A DNA stretch of 43,355 nt from a virus (taxonomy: Duplodnaviria; Caudoviricetes): the IMG/VR virus record IMGVR_UViG_3300020508_000002, positions 1 through 43,355 of that record. One strand, 5' to 3'. The stretch's first letter is position 1. Every line of letters starts with the position of its first letter. Below are positions 1-9,905 of this stretch, in pieces. The position numbers were made by a program, and so were the translations under genes. The notes below the pieces were generated by a model that saw only the letters and a program-made list of their open reading frames with translations, was not told the origin of the DNA and searched no databases.

Positions 1-99
1 GAATATTTAAGAAAATCTCTTGAAGAATTAAACAAAATTGAAAACCATTTTGCAGTTCATAAAACTGCCACCCAAATTACATGGACAAACGCACGTATT
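1..99 (+). repeat. Terminal overlap, identical to 43257-43355
   Basis: Exact 99-nt match gaatatttaag...gcacgtatt at both ends, inside an ORF, consistent with an assembler k-mer overlap. Confidence 0.95.
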
Positions 100-3000
100 C
101 CTGGCGTTAGGGTTATAAGAGATTCTCAAGGTGGCGCTCCGACTATTGAAATAACTTTACCAAGCGTTCCCAAAACTGGAGTTATTCCTTCACTTAAGTT
201 TTCTGTCGATGCCCCAGTTGAAACCGTTCTTCAATATCTTGACATTCTTGAAGATGCAATCAACAAAGATCGTGGTGCCCAGGAATTAAATTTCGGAGCA
301 GGAATGGAGAACAATATTGGCTGGTTGGTGAGAATTGAAGGTCTCACAAAAGCCAAGGCGTCTTTAAAAACAGCTGCATTAAAAGACATTGCTACGCTAC
401 GTAAAGCTATTCAAGACATACCCGAATGGTCTAGATCTACGGGGATTGAACTTGTTCGTCCCGACTCTTTAATTCCTGGTGTCAGGGACAACATTGTTCC
501 TATTGACAGAAACGCTAGTGACATTCAAGACCTGTTTTGGGACGAAGAGCAATGGCCGGGCAGGGAAGAAGCTTCTTCGGTTGCTTCAAACATTTTTGCA
601 GAGCTTGATGATTTTGACCCAACGGAAGGGCTCACCCAAGATCAAACAATCCTTAACAATATCCCGGTAGACGATCCCGTTCTTAGACAGCAGATCATCG
701 ATGTTCTTAAAGAAGCGATAGAAAACGAATTAAAAGGAAGCAAAAAATTTTCTCTTGCTTCTGACCTTAAATACGTAGTTGATGTTATTGAAGGCCGAGG
801 CGAAGTTAAGCGCCTTGCAAAAGTTGACGACGTTCTTGAACAAGCAAAGCCACCGACAGCCAAGAACACCCGGGCTGACTATGTAATTATCCCTTGCGGT
901 GCTGCCAAGGGTCCGGTTGCAACTACGGCTGCCGAAATGTACCAAGGCTCAATGTTTAAAGATGCACTGGCTACGGCTCGTGAAATGTTTGACGACGACC
1001 GCATTTACATCATCAGTGCTGAGTACGGCCTCCTTCGTCTTGATGACGTTATTGAACCATACGACAAAAAGCTTGGCGACCCTGGCTCCGTTGACAGTAC
1101 AACCATCTCTATGCAATTGCGCGACGAGGGACTTAAGAGGGGATCCAGTATTCTTTCCTTGCTCCCCAAGGAGTACCACAACTTATTGCAGCGTGGTGTA
1201 GAAGGACCAATAAAAGCCAACCCCAACAAACTTACCGTTGAACAATATTTTGCAGGGACAAGGGGAATTGGTGAACAAAAGGGCCGTCTGTCCAATCTTC
1301 GTAAAGAAACAGCTGCACAAAGAGCAGAAGCTGCTGCAGATGGTGCAGCCCTCATTGACCCCGAGCTTGAACAGCTTGCTAACAGCGTTGCCCAAGATCC
1401 TGCGTTGTACGCAAACTTTAGAGGCCAAGTTGAAGAACGTGCCATGTTGGAGCGTGACATTGAGTCAATGCGTAACCCAACACCCGAAGACATTGAGACA
1501 TACCGCAAAGACGCACAGGCCAAAGCACAGGAAGAAGTACGTACCTATGCTGGTGTCCTTGAAGGCATCGGCGGCAAGTGGGACCGTGCCAATGATTCCG
1601 TAACATTCTATGTCAATGTACGTTCCGGTACAGCCGAGTGGGAATGGTGGGACAAGCTTGACTCACGTGAACGCCGTCGTCTCGCCCGTACATATTTCCG
1701 TTCAACTACGGAACGCAGCACCGCAGCCAAGGGTCCAAAGCTTATCCGTGTTGCAGATAACATTGACCAGCTAGCCGACCCTTACGGTCTCACACCTGAC
1801 GAATGGGGCCAGCAGTTTCTTGAAACTGTACGTGAATACGAACGTGCCAAGAAGGCGCTAAAGGAAAGCAAGAGCAAGAACTTCGACCCTCTTGCCGCAA
1901 TCGACGAGAACCCTGAACTTCAGCAGGCACAGGATTACCTTGACCGCTTGATTAACGAAGAGGGTGTTGACAATGATCTTGTAACTGTTGTCAATCGTGC
2001 TCGGGAAATCCTTGGCGACAACGAAATCCCATCTTTGCGTGTCATTGCTGATAAGCCAACCGACGTAGTGCCGGAACGCAAGATCTCTGATCCGACCGTT
2101 CGTCGTGCCGCCTACGAAGCTGACGTCATTAACGCAATGGCCAAAGACGCAACAAAGAAGATGCGTGCTGCCCAGCGAGCAACTGAACGCCTGGCAGCCT
2201 TTGAAGAGTTTATTGTTCAGTCGGAAAAGTATCGTGGAGAAGCGGAAAGGCTGATCCAGCTTCAAAAGACCGGCACCAAGGCTCGTCTTGCTTTAGCAAA
2301 GAACGCTGCTACTCAATCTGCTTTGCGTGAAAAAATTAAAGATAAAAAGAAGAAGGCTCGTAAGCTCAAGATCATTGAGAACCGCCTGGAATCTTCTCAA
2401 ACTCTTGCCGACATTCAATCAATGGGTGGAGCTGCCCCGTTGCGAGTTGCAATGGAAGGTGGCTACCCGTCAGAACAGTTTGCTGTAGGCCTTCCCGACG
2501 GTGAAGATTTCCAGTTCCAGGGGCCAATGTATGTACCTACTGGTCGCCCTGCAGTCTTTACGGGCGGCTTGGCAATGGACCTCCAGCGAGCTGGTCTTTC
2601 CGGATTTGAAATCCTGACAAGCGAACACTATCGAGACGGTGATCGCCAAACAATCTTCTCTATTCGTGGCGTTGCTGCACGACTAGGTAAAGACGTGGGC
2701 CGCATGAGCTCCAACGAATCGTACCGTATGCTTGTTGCACAGTTTGGCAATACAGGTATTGAAGTACTTGGTGAGGATTTGTCACGTTCGCTTTACGAAA
2801 AGGCTTACCAAAAAGTCTCACGCATGAGTGAAGACGATCTCAATCAATCCGTAGTTCGTGTTGGTGCTGACATTGCAGAAGCTGAAGGCGGAACAGCAGC
2901 TTTTTCTTCCGGTGTGCCCAACCCAAAGGCCGCTTTCAACGCTGCGCTTAAAGAAGAATACGGTCGTCTTGTTGTTATTGAGATGGCGAACCGTGGATTT

Positions 3001-4524
3001 AAAGCTATTGATCCGTACAGCAAAATTACTTCACGTATGCCGATTGCTCGCGTTACTCATGAAACTATGTTTGTTCCTACAGGTTTCTCTGAAGCTATTG
3101 CAAAGGTTGAGGCTGTCATTGACCCAGCTTCATGGAACGGATTTCTTCGTGGTGCCCACAAGGTAACAAGCCAATTCAAAACATCAACCCTTGTGTTGTC
3201 TGTCGCCTGGCAGCTTGGCGACCTTTTCTCCAACATGATTATTGCTCAAATGAGCGGTGTCAATGTGGTGGACATGATTCGCCGCATGAAGGAAGTTAAG
3301 GCTGAAGAGTACGGCCCTGGTCTACGCACCCTTGTAGATGCAACTTCAGAATTGCCAACCCCTACCCCCAAGATTCGAATTGCTAAAGAATCACCAATTC
3401 AGGACATTAGCGCTTCTTTGGCTGACCGCCGGTACTTGTACAACATTCCGGAAGGAAACGCACTTCCTCCATTGCTGACTCGTTTGACAGGAAAGCAATA
3501 CCCGGAAGCCGTTCGTGGCCGAGGCGTAATCAACACTTCGTTCAAGATCAACGAAACAATCAACCGTATTCAGCGTCACGCCTATTTCCTTGAAGTTCTT
3601 GATACCAAATTAAAGGCTAAGGGTGTTGACCTTGACACCGTTGCTGCTGACGGTTCTTGGAAGAACGATCCGGAATTGCGTAAGATTGTTCTTGAAGCTG
3701 CAGACACTGCAAACGACTTCTTGGGTGACTTTGCTGACCTTTCGATGAGTGAACGAAAGTATGTGACCCCTTTTATTCCTTTCTACGCATGGACAAAGCA
3801 CATCCATAAAGTGTTCATGATGCTCGGTTCCGACAGCCCGCAGTCTCTTCGCTGGTACATTTACATGGGAACACTTGTTTACGATCCCGACGAAGACCCC
3901 ATGGGCTTGCGATACGGCAACCCAACATGGTTCGGCGGAGCATTCTCAACAAACATTCTTAACCCGTTTGGTGACGTTTTCGGTGGTCCAATTGGTTCAG
4001 TCCTTGCCGACGAGGATGTTAGGCCAGCGCTTAACACCCTTGGCCCCGTACCACGTATTGGTGCTGCGGTGCTGACTGGAAGAAATATTGCCAAAGGCTT
4101 CCAGCCGATTTCTAGGCCGTCGGGAAGTGGTGCGTACACACTCAGCGGATCAGAAATTTCACCGCCACTTCTTCCTTTTACTCGCCCACGTGAATTGCTT
4201 GGATTTACTGCACAGCAGTTCCCAATTGTTAGCCGCGCCATGAACGTTGCACCCGGATCACGCATTCCAGGTACTCGCATTGCCCTTGGTCCGGTTGCTC
4301 GTTACGACACTGGCGAAGTTCGTCTCAACCCACGCACTCGTCAACCCAATGTCAAGTACGGTGGCAGGTTGGCAGCTGTTGGACGCTTGTTCTCTCTTCC
4401 AGGTATTCCGTACCAGGCAGATAGTCAAATTGAAGATGTGATGCGTAGTGCTCGTGACCGTCTGCGTACTATTGAAACCCTCAAGCGCCGTAGGGCCATT
4501 GAGACTGGTGATACGGTGCCCTGA
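1..4524 (+). CDS. C-terminal part of giant (~2,613 aa) internal virion/ejection polyvalent protein with a DUF6884/YaaA-like domain
   Basis: Frame is open from base 1 into the 304..4524 ORF and in frame with the ORF starting at 39939; motif IIPCGAAK...MYQGSMF...IYIISAEYGLL...IEPYD...GIGEQ at ~877-1290; C-terminal FIPFYAW motif of the kind seen in large phage internal proteins. Confidence 0.8.
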   Translation, partial: EYLRKSLEELNKIENHFAVHKTATQITWTNARIPGVRVIRDSQGGAPTIEITLPSVPKTGVIPSLKFSVDAPVETVLQYLDILEDAINKDRGAQELNFGAGMENNIGWLVRIEGLTKAKASLKTAALKDIATLRKAIQDIPEWSRSTGIELVRPDSLIPGVRDNIVPIDRNASDIQDLFWDEEQWPGREEASSVASNIFAELDDFDPTEGLTQDQTILNNIPVDDPVLRQQIIDVLKEAIENELKGSKKFSLASDLKYVVDVIEGRGEVKRLAKVDDVLEQAKPPTAKNTRADYVIIPCGAAKGPVATTAAEMYQGSMFKDALATAREMFDDDRIYIISAEYGLLRLDDVIEPYDKKLGDPGSVDSTTISMQLRDEGLKRGSSILSLLPKEYHNLLQRGVEGPIKANPNKLTVEQYFAGTRGIGEQKGRLSNLRKETAAQRAEAAADGAALIDPELEQLANSVAQDPALYANFRGQVEERAMLERDIESMRNPTPEDIETYRKDAQAKAQEEVRTYAGVLEGIGGKWDRANDSVTFYVNVRSGTAEWEWWDKLDSRERRRLARTYFRSTTERSTAAKGPKLIRVADNIDQLADPYGLTPDEWGQQFLETVREYERAKKALKESKSKNFDPLAAIDENPELQQAQDYLDRLINEEGVDNDLVTVVNRAREILGDNEIPSLRVIADKPTDVVPERKISDPTVRRAAYEADVINAMAKDATKKMRAAQRATERLAAFEEFIVQSEKYRGEAERLIQLQKTGTKARLALAKNAATQSALREKIKDKKKKARKLKIIENRLESSQTLADIQSMGGAAPLRVAMEGGYPSEQFAVGLPDGEDFQFQGPMYVPTGRPAVFTGGLAMDLQRAGLSGFEILTSEHYRDGDRQTIFSIRGVAARLGKDVGRMSSNESYRMLVAQFGNTGIEVLGEDLSRSLYEKAYQKVSRMSEDDLNQSVVRVGADIAEAEGGTAAFSSGVPNPKAAFNAALKEEYGRLVVIEMANRGFKAIDPYSKITSRMPIARVTHETMFVPTGFSEAIAKVEAVIDPASWNGFLRGAHKVTSQFKTSTLVLSVAWQLGDLFSNMIIAQMSGVNVVDMIRRMKEVKAEEYGPGLRTLVDATSELPTPTPKIRIAKESPIQDISASLADRRYLYNIPEGNALPPLLTRLTGKQYPEAVRGRGVINTSFKINETINRIQRHAYFLEVLDTKLKAKGVDLDTVAADGSWKNDPELRKIVLEAADTANDFLGDFADLSMSERKYVTPFIPFYAWTKHIHKVFMMLGSDSPQSLRWYIYMGTLVYDPDEDPMGLRYGNPTWFGGAFSTNILNPFGDVFGGPIGSVLADEDVRPALNTLGPVPRIGAAVLTGRNIAKGFQPISRPSGSGAYTLSGSEISPPLLPFTRPRELLGFTAQQFPIVSRAMNVAPGSRIPGTRIALGPVARYDTGEVRLNPRTRQPNVKYGGRLAAVGRLFSLPGIPYQADSQIEDVMRSARDRLRTIETLKRRRAIETGDTVP

Positions 4525-4892
4525 TGGAATACAGCGTGATAGTGAAGGGCCAGCGCCCCTGGACAACTAACCAGGAGCGTAAGAAGGGTTCCCACTATCA
4601 GCGGGCTGCCATTACCAAGTGGTGGAGGGAGGCGTTCCGAGACGCTGCGCTTGAGGCCGGGATTCCCCATTTCCGGTCTATCCGTATCGAGGTTACCCCA
4701 ATCCTGCCTGACCGCAAGTTTCAAGACACTGGGGCCTGCTACCCCACAGCCAAGGCAGCTATTGACGGGCTGGTAGACGCTGGTGTAGTTGACGACGATG
4801 CCCCTGGATACGTCCCTACCATTACCTTTCACGCTCCTGTATTATCTAAAGAGGCAGGATTAGAGCTGCTCATTATCCCCGAAGGTATTTAG
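4524..4892 (+). CDS. rusA: RusA-like Holliday junction resolvase
   Basis: D(TG)...KAAIDGLVDAGVVDDD motif typical of phage RusA-like proteins; 122 aa. Confidence 0.75.
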   Translation: MEYSVIVKGQRPWTTNQERKKGSHYQRAAITKWWREAFRDAALEAGIPHFRSIRIEVTPILPDRKFQDTGACYPTAKAAIDGLVDAGVVDDDAPGYVPTITFHAPVLSKEAGLELLIIPEGI

Positions 4893-4896
4893 AACA

Positions 4897-5172
4897 ATGG
4901 CAGTAAACGATTCAGGATCAGCAGCAAAAAAACGTCTTGCAGAAGAAAAAGCAGGCCGGGGGCGTAACCGCCGAGACAAATACGGCAATTCAGGGTTTGG
5001 CGAAACATTCAGCGGCGTCATGAAAAAAGATCAGGCCAAATTAAACGCAACAAACAAAACCCTTCCGCCTTATAATCGCGGTGCGGCTACCAAATACAAC
5101 AAGCGCGGCAATATCACCGAAGTCACCTACGGATACACAGATAATGAAGGTCGTCGGGAGATGAAAAAGTAA
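4897..5172 (+). CDS. Small basic hypothetical protein
   Basis: 91-aa K/R-rich ORF that fills the gap between genes. Confidence 0.65.
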   Translation: MAVNDSGSAAKKRLAEEKAGRGRNRRDKYGNSGFGETFSGVMKKDQAKLNATNKTLPPYNRGAATKYNKRGNITEVTYGYTDNEGRREMKK

Positions 5173-5176
5173 AGTA

Positions 5177-6157
5177 ATGCTTCGTCCACCCGTCACGCCT
5201 AAGAAGAGAACTTTCCAGGATGCCCCGGAAATTGTTACTCCTGCCTGGCTAGAAGCACTTACCAACAGAAAAACTGCTGCGACTCCACAAGCGCCATCAA
5301 GACCAAATCCCGGCACGGGGGAAATGGTCGACGGGGGTAAGTACGGAACCTACGATTCCAATAAGTGGGGTGGCTTGTATGGCCTGGCAGTAGATGCTGC
5401 AAAGGTTGGCGATTTTCTTGTTGGGAATCCGGCAAAATCTATGTGGCGCACTCTTAAAGGAGAAAATGCAAACACAGCTTTCAACCCGAACAGCGGGGCA
5501 AGCATTACACAACGACTTGGTGCTTTTGGCGAAGATGCCATGAACTTTGCATCCGTATTCCCTGCTATGCGGACAGCAGGAGCTGCACGTAATCCGTTTG
5601 CCCGAGTGCGTTTGCCGCAAAATATGACCGCCCCCCCGCTATATGAATATGGGCTCCACACAACAAAAAACCCATCATTAACTTACGTTGACCCCAATGT
5701 AACCAAGAACATGGGAGCGGCAAAAGACGCTTTAGATGGATACGCCTACCAATGGAGATTGAGCGACCCTAGAACTGGCGCAGGGTATGACACATTGGCT
5801 GATCGTGCAACTACGGATGCAATGGCTTGGTCTGATCGACTTTCAAACAATATGAGCATCGATTCCATTAATACCTATCTTACAAGAGGTAGGGCAGAGG
5901 GGGTAATTGATGATGCTAATCTTGCTAAAGAATTGGTTGATGGGAGAAATAAAGCGGCCGCAGTTCCAGGGCCATTGGAAATTTTTGGAAAAGTTTCTTA
6001 CGATGCTGATTCTTATTTTCCCAACAGGGGAGCATATGAAGAGGCTATTAAAAATATGATCGCCAATCGCAAAAGAGAAATTGCTCTCAACAACAAAAGA
6101 CTAATGTATGCGCGTGGGCTTCTTCCTGAAGGCTACAATCTTTTGCCGGAGAAGTAA
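5177..6157 (+). CDS. Leader-bearing protein with Arr-like ADP-ribosyltransferase-fold C-terminal domain
   Basis: N-terminus shared with 6157..8607; C-terminal GLHTT...GYAY...DAMAW...YLT...IDDANL...PLEIFGKV parallels the Arr motifs FYHGT...IYFT...AAxW...IYIV...EDDPNL...PLRIVGEV. Confidence 0.6.
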   Translation: MLRPPVTPKKRTFQDAPEIVTPAWLEALTNRKTAATPQAPSRPNPGTGEMVDGGKYGTYDSNKWGGLYGLAVDAAKVGDFLVGNPAKSMWRTLKGENANTAFNPNSGASITQRLGAFGEDAMNFASVFPAMRTAGAARNPFARVRLPQNMTAPPLYEYGLHTTKNPSLTYVDPNVTKNMGAAKDALDGYAYQWRLSDPRTGAGYDTLADRATTDAMAWSDRLSNNMSIDSINTYLTRGRAEGVIDDANLAKELVDGRNKAAAVPGPLEIFGKVSYDADSYFPNRGAYEEAIKNMIANRKREIALNNKRLMYARGLLPEGYNLLPEK

Positions 6158-8607
6158 TGCTTCGTCCGCCTGTCACGCCTAAGAAGAGAACTCCAGCTGT
6201 CCCTGAGCAGCCGGAGATTCCTGCTGCCTGGCTAGAGGCGCTTAACAATAGCGGCACCACTGTAGCCTCAGCCAACGCTGGCACTGTTAGTCCAAGAAAA
6301 CAGTTCACAAACGTCCGGCAAGCGGAACAGGCCATTGATTCCCGTCAGCAAGCCGAGGCTAACTACAGGGCATATTACGACAAGCGTGTTCCTGTAAAGA
6401 CCATCGCCCCTTACATGGGTGGAGACGTCTACTCTGACTCCGTAGGGCAGATGATCAAGTTTGCGGGTGACAACCTAATCAAATACCCTTTACAGTCTTT
6501 TGGGCGTACCGCGTCTTTGCAAAACGCCGATACGGCATTGAACCCATTTAGCGGCGCAAGCACCTCGGAACGACTTATGGCTCTAGGCGAAGATGCTATA
6601 AACATTGCTAGCGTTATTCCCGGAGTTAGGACAGCTGCCCAATCCAGTGCACCCTTAAAGCAGGCTGGTAAAAACTTCTTCTCAGGCCTTGCCGCAAGTA
6701 GGGCGGCACGAGCACAAGCAAGAAGCGGGTGGACGCCACCGTTAATGCAACCATTTGAATACGCTCCTCCACGTCTTGAAGGCATTACTCGTGAAGCTCG
6801 TGAAGCTGCCGGTGATTTAGCTTTGCTTCAACAGCAATCAATGGTAAAACCTGGAATTGAATATGGTGCTTCAGCTACTGGAGTAACCGGAATGAACAGA
6901 CCGGAATGGATTGAAAAACTACCTGAAGGGTTTCAACGATTTTGGCATACAAATCCGCAGGGCGCTTCTCTTCCTTCTAAATTAAGTTCTATGAAAGAAG
7001 CTGCAAGACTTAGAGGTCGACGTGGATCCGGTGCGACGCAAGCATTTAGTGGCGGTATATACAACACTGATTCCGGTGCCATGTCATTAACGTATCTTGA
7101 CGACATGGGCAATCCAGTTATCAGAGATAGATTCCCGTCGTCTGTTTTGCCTAAAAATTTTGTTGATGATTTAATGCCAGGCTACGGCGTATACGACAAA
7201 CCTTGGATGAGAAATGGAAGTAGCGGGAGTGTTTACGGAGAACAAATTCCATATCGAGAAATTGGAGAAGAAATCAGAAAAGCTCAATTGGATGATTTTA
7301 GAAATCAATTTGTTGGTTTAAATTCTCGCGCTAGCAATATTCCATTTCGCACTGATAGCCCATATTACGGACAAGATTTTGGTGACATGACAGTTAAAGA
7401 ACTTCTTGACAGTGTCGCAACAAAAGAAGAAGCTTTGGCAATAATTAACGATTCAATTCGTCCTATAGTTTTTGAACAAAACCCTCAAAACGCTTTTGAA
7501 AGCATGTTGAAAAAGTTTGGGAATAGAAACGTTGACTACGGAATGAAAGAAGCCGCCTTAAATCAAGAAATTAGATTTAAGCATCCCGTAGTACGGGGAG
7601 CAAAAGGATCGTATTCAAAAACAGCTGTCGTGGATCCGAATAGCGGTCTTTATCTTTCTCCCAATAATAATTTCCGTCCAGCAGAAATGCCTTTTTCTGA
7701 AGGCTATTATCAACAAATAGATAATTTATCTGCACAATGGAAAGCGGATACAATTAAGCGAATACAAGATCAAATGAAAGGTTGGAAGAACACTCCTGAA
7801 CAAATTGCGCTTCACATGGATGACGCCTTTTTCCAATACCTAGACGAAGTAAACCCGTATAACTATTTTAAAAATAGAGATTTGCAACCAAAATTTCAAA
7901 TGGGTACACCAAATGTTGGCGGACAAAACTATTGGGATTTGCCGGTTGTTAAAGATTCTGATGGAGTGATCCAGTCCGTTGGCGACCTTAAAGCTATGGA
8001 TATTAGAACAGCTGGCGGATCTAAGGAAATGTTTGAAAATCTTGCTGACGAATGGAAAGATTTTATTTATCAAAACTATCCACAGTTATCAAATGATCAG
8101 GGCGTCAACACTCAATTAGATGCTCTTAGAAACCTGCATACATCTTCAGCAAAAACAAAAGGTTATCATAATATTCAAAATGAGCTTAGTGCACTTTTAG
8201 CGCAAGCCAATTCTGAAGCGGGCATAGCAACCGACATTTTTGGTGACTTGACTCCTAAAGAACAATTTTATGATTATTTAACTGACAGCGGTTATGGCGT
8301 TATCCCCCATACCGGTGGTGAAATTATGGGCGGCGATGTTCAGCATTTATCTTTAAATGTTTTAAAACCTGAACTTTTACCGCCTTCTAGTTACGTTTCT
8401 CCTGGTGTAAATTTTGATGAGCATTTGTCTCGTCTTGCGCGGGCAAGAGCAATGCAGATGCGGTATGCAAAATCAAATTCAACAGGGCGAGAATTTGGTG
8501 ATTTCTTAAACAAGCAGAAATTAAGTGAAGCTGGAAAACAAGCACGTCTTGCAGGAATCCAGTCTATGCTTGTCGGAAGCGCTAATAACACCGCACGCAA
8601 CCGCTAA
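6157..8607 (+). CDS. Leader-bearing protein with an insertion-split ADP-ribosyltransferase-like (ART-PolyVal-like) domain
   Basis: FWH...GGIYNTDS...SLTY, GGQNYWDL...MDI and LTDSGYGVIPHTGG...LNVLKP match the ordered ART motifs YHG/GxYxT/GxVY/GYDGI/VFxP; TAATG coupling with the upstream gene. Confidence 0.6.
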   Translation: MLRPPVTPKKRTPAVPEQPEIPAAWLEALNNSGTTVASANAGTVSPRKQFTNVRQAEQAIDSRQQAEANYRAYYDKRVPVKTIAPYMGGDVYSDSVGQMIKFAGDNLIKYPLQSFGRTASLQNADTALNPFSGASTSERLMALGEDAINIASVIPGVRTAAQSSAPLKQAGKNFFSGLAASRAARAQARSGWTPPLMQPFEYAPPRLEGITREAREAAGDLALLQQQSMVKPGIEYGASATGVTGMNRPEWIEKLPEGFQRFWHTNPQGASLPSKLSSMKEAARLRGRRGSGATQAFSGGIYNTDSGAMSLTYLDDMGNPVIRDRFPSSVLPKNFVDDLMPGYGVYDKPWMRNGSSGSVYGEQIPYREIGEEIRKAQLDDFRNQFVGLNSRASNIPFRTDSPYYGQDFGDMTVKELLDSVATKEEALAIINDSIRPIVFEQNPQNAFESMLKKFGNRNVDYGMKEAALNQEIRFKHPVVRGAKGSYSKTAVVDPNSGLYLSPNNNFRPAEMPFSEGYYQQIDNLSAQWKADTIKRIQDQMKGWKNTPEQIALHMDDAFFQYLDEVNPYNYFKNRDLQPKFQMGTPNVGGQNYWDLPVVKDSDGVIQSVGDLKAMDIRTAGGSKEMFENLADEWKDFIYQNYPQLSNDQGVNTQLDALRNLHTSSAKTKGYHNIQNELSALLAQANSEAGIATDIFGDLTPKEQFYDYLTDSGYGVIPHTGGEIMGGDVQHLSLNVLKPELLPPSSYVSPGVNFDEHLSRLARARAMQMRYAKSNSTGREFGDFLNKQKLSEAGKQARLAGIQSMLVGSANNTARNR

Positions 8608-8631
8608 TATGCAACTCCATTAGGAGGATGT

Positions 8632-9591
8632 ATGACTTTAGTTTATAAGCCAGCACAAAAGCCCGAATGGCCTGTTATCCAGCAGGGGCCCCGAGTAGCC
8701 ATTCCACGCAACCGTTCCAAGCCAATGGAATCCGAGATGAAGCGCTGTGTCGTTTTGCCGGACATGCAGATTGGTTACTACCGGAACCGCAAGGGGAAGA
8801 TGGAGCCAACTCACGATGAGAAGGCTATCGACCTTGCGCTTGCAATTACCAAGGAAGCTAAGCCTGATGTGGTAGCCCTCGTCGGGGACAACCTGGACTT
8901 ACCGGAGCTCAGCAAGTACCGCATTACCCCGGCATACCAACAGACCACTCAGGAAGCCATTGACCGCGCTTCCCTTATCTGCGCTCAGATTCGGGCCGCA
9001 GCTCCCCACGCCGAGATCATATGGCTGGCAGGCAACCACGAGGAACGCCTCCCAAACCACATCCTAGACAACGCTAGGGCCGCCTTTGGCCTTAGACGAG
9101 GAAATGTACCCGACACCTGGCCCGTGCTCTCTGTGCCCTTCCTGTGCCGTATGGAGGACTATGGGGTGGAATACCGTCCAGGCTACCCAGCCTCACACAT
9201 TTGGCTTAACAACAAGATCCGGATTATTCACGGAAGCAAGGTCAAGAGCAGTGGGTCAACCGCCCACATGTACCTTGCCAATGAGAAACACAGCGTTATC
9301 TATGGACATATCCACAGAATTGAGCTGGCTTACAAGACCCGAGAGGATTATGATGGCCCACGAACCATTATGGCAGCGTCTCCAGGCTGCTTGGCACGGC
9401 TTGACGGAGCAGTTCCGAGCACTAAGCAGGGCATGGATATTGATGGTCGCCCGTTGGTATCTCATGAGAACTGGCAACAAGGGCTAGCCGTAGTAGAGTA
9501 TGAAACTACCGGCAAGAATCGATTTACTTACGAGTCAATCCCTATCTTTGACGGTACTGCTTCCTGGCGTGGTCAATGGTTTAAAGTGTAG
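8632..9591 (+). CDS. Calcineurin-like metallophosphoesterase
   Basis: PDMQ, GDNLD, GNHE, HG and GHIHR motifs; AGGAGG SD. Confidence 0.85.
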   Translation: MTLVYKPAQKPEWPVIQQGPRVAIPRNRSKPMESEMKRCVVLPDMQIGYYRNRKGKMEPTHDEKAIDLALAITKEAKPDVVALVGDNLDLPELSKYRITPAYQQTTQEAIDRASLICAQIRAAAPHAEIIWLAGNHEERLPNHILDNARAAFGLRRGNVPDTWPVLSVPFLCRMEDYGVEYRPGYPASHIWLNNKIRIIHGSKVKSSGSTAHMYLANEKHSVIYGHIHRIELAYKTREDYDGPRTIMAASPGCLARLDGAVPSTKQGMDIDGRPLVSHENWQQGLAVVEYETTGKNRFTYESIPIFDGTASWRGQWFKV

Positions 9592-9593
9592 TC

Positions 9594-9905
9594 ATGGACT
9601 TTGATCTCACCCCTGCAATGGTTGTGTGGCATGACGCCCACGTTGGAACAGACGGGTGGGAAGATTATGTCAACCTTGAAGACGACGGCCCCTGCGTAGT
9701 TAACAGTTGCGGTTTTTTGTTACCCACAGATAAGGGTGGAAAAGAAAACCACATTAGCATGGTGGCAACATTTAGCTCTGACGGTATGGTACATTCTGTG
9801 TTCCATATTCCCGTGCAAATGGTGCAACGGGTAGAAGTCTTAGTGAGGTCACATGAACTGGGAAATGCTCCTTTATTTTCTTCGCAAGGTAGTGCCATCC
9901 GGTGA
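9594..9905 (+). CDS. Conserved-looking phage hypothetical protein
   Basis: VxWxDA...W...P..V.S.GFL...IP pattern common in small phage proteins. Confidence 0.7.
   Translation: MDFDLTPAMVVWHDAHVGTDGWEDYVNLEDDGPCVVNSCGFLLPTDKGGKENHISMVATFSSDGMVHSVFHIPVQMVQRVEVLVRSHELGNAPLFSSQGSAIR

Noticed and set aside
1-99. 99-bp end repeat as a biological terminal repeat
   Set aside because: It falls mid-gene and its length matches a common assembler k-mer, so it only indicates circular assembly
304-4524. ATG 304 as the gene start
   Set aside because: The frame is open upstream and continuous with 39939 across the junction
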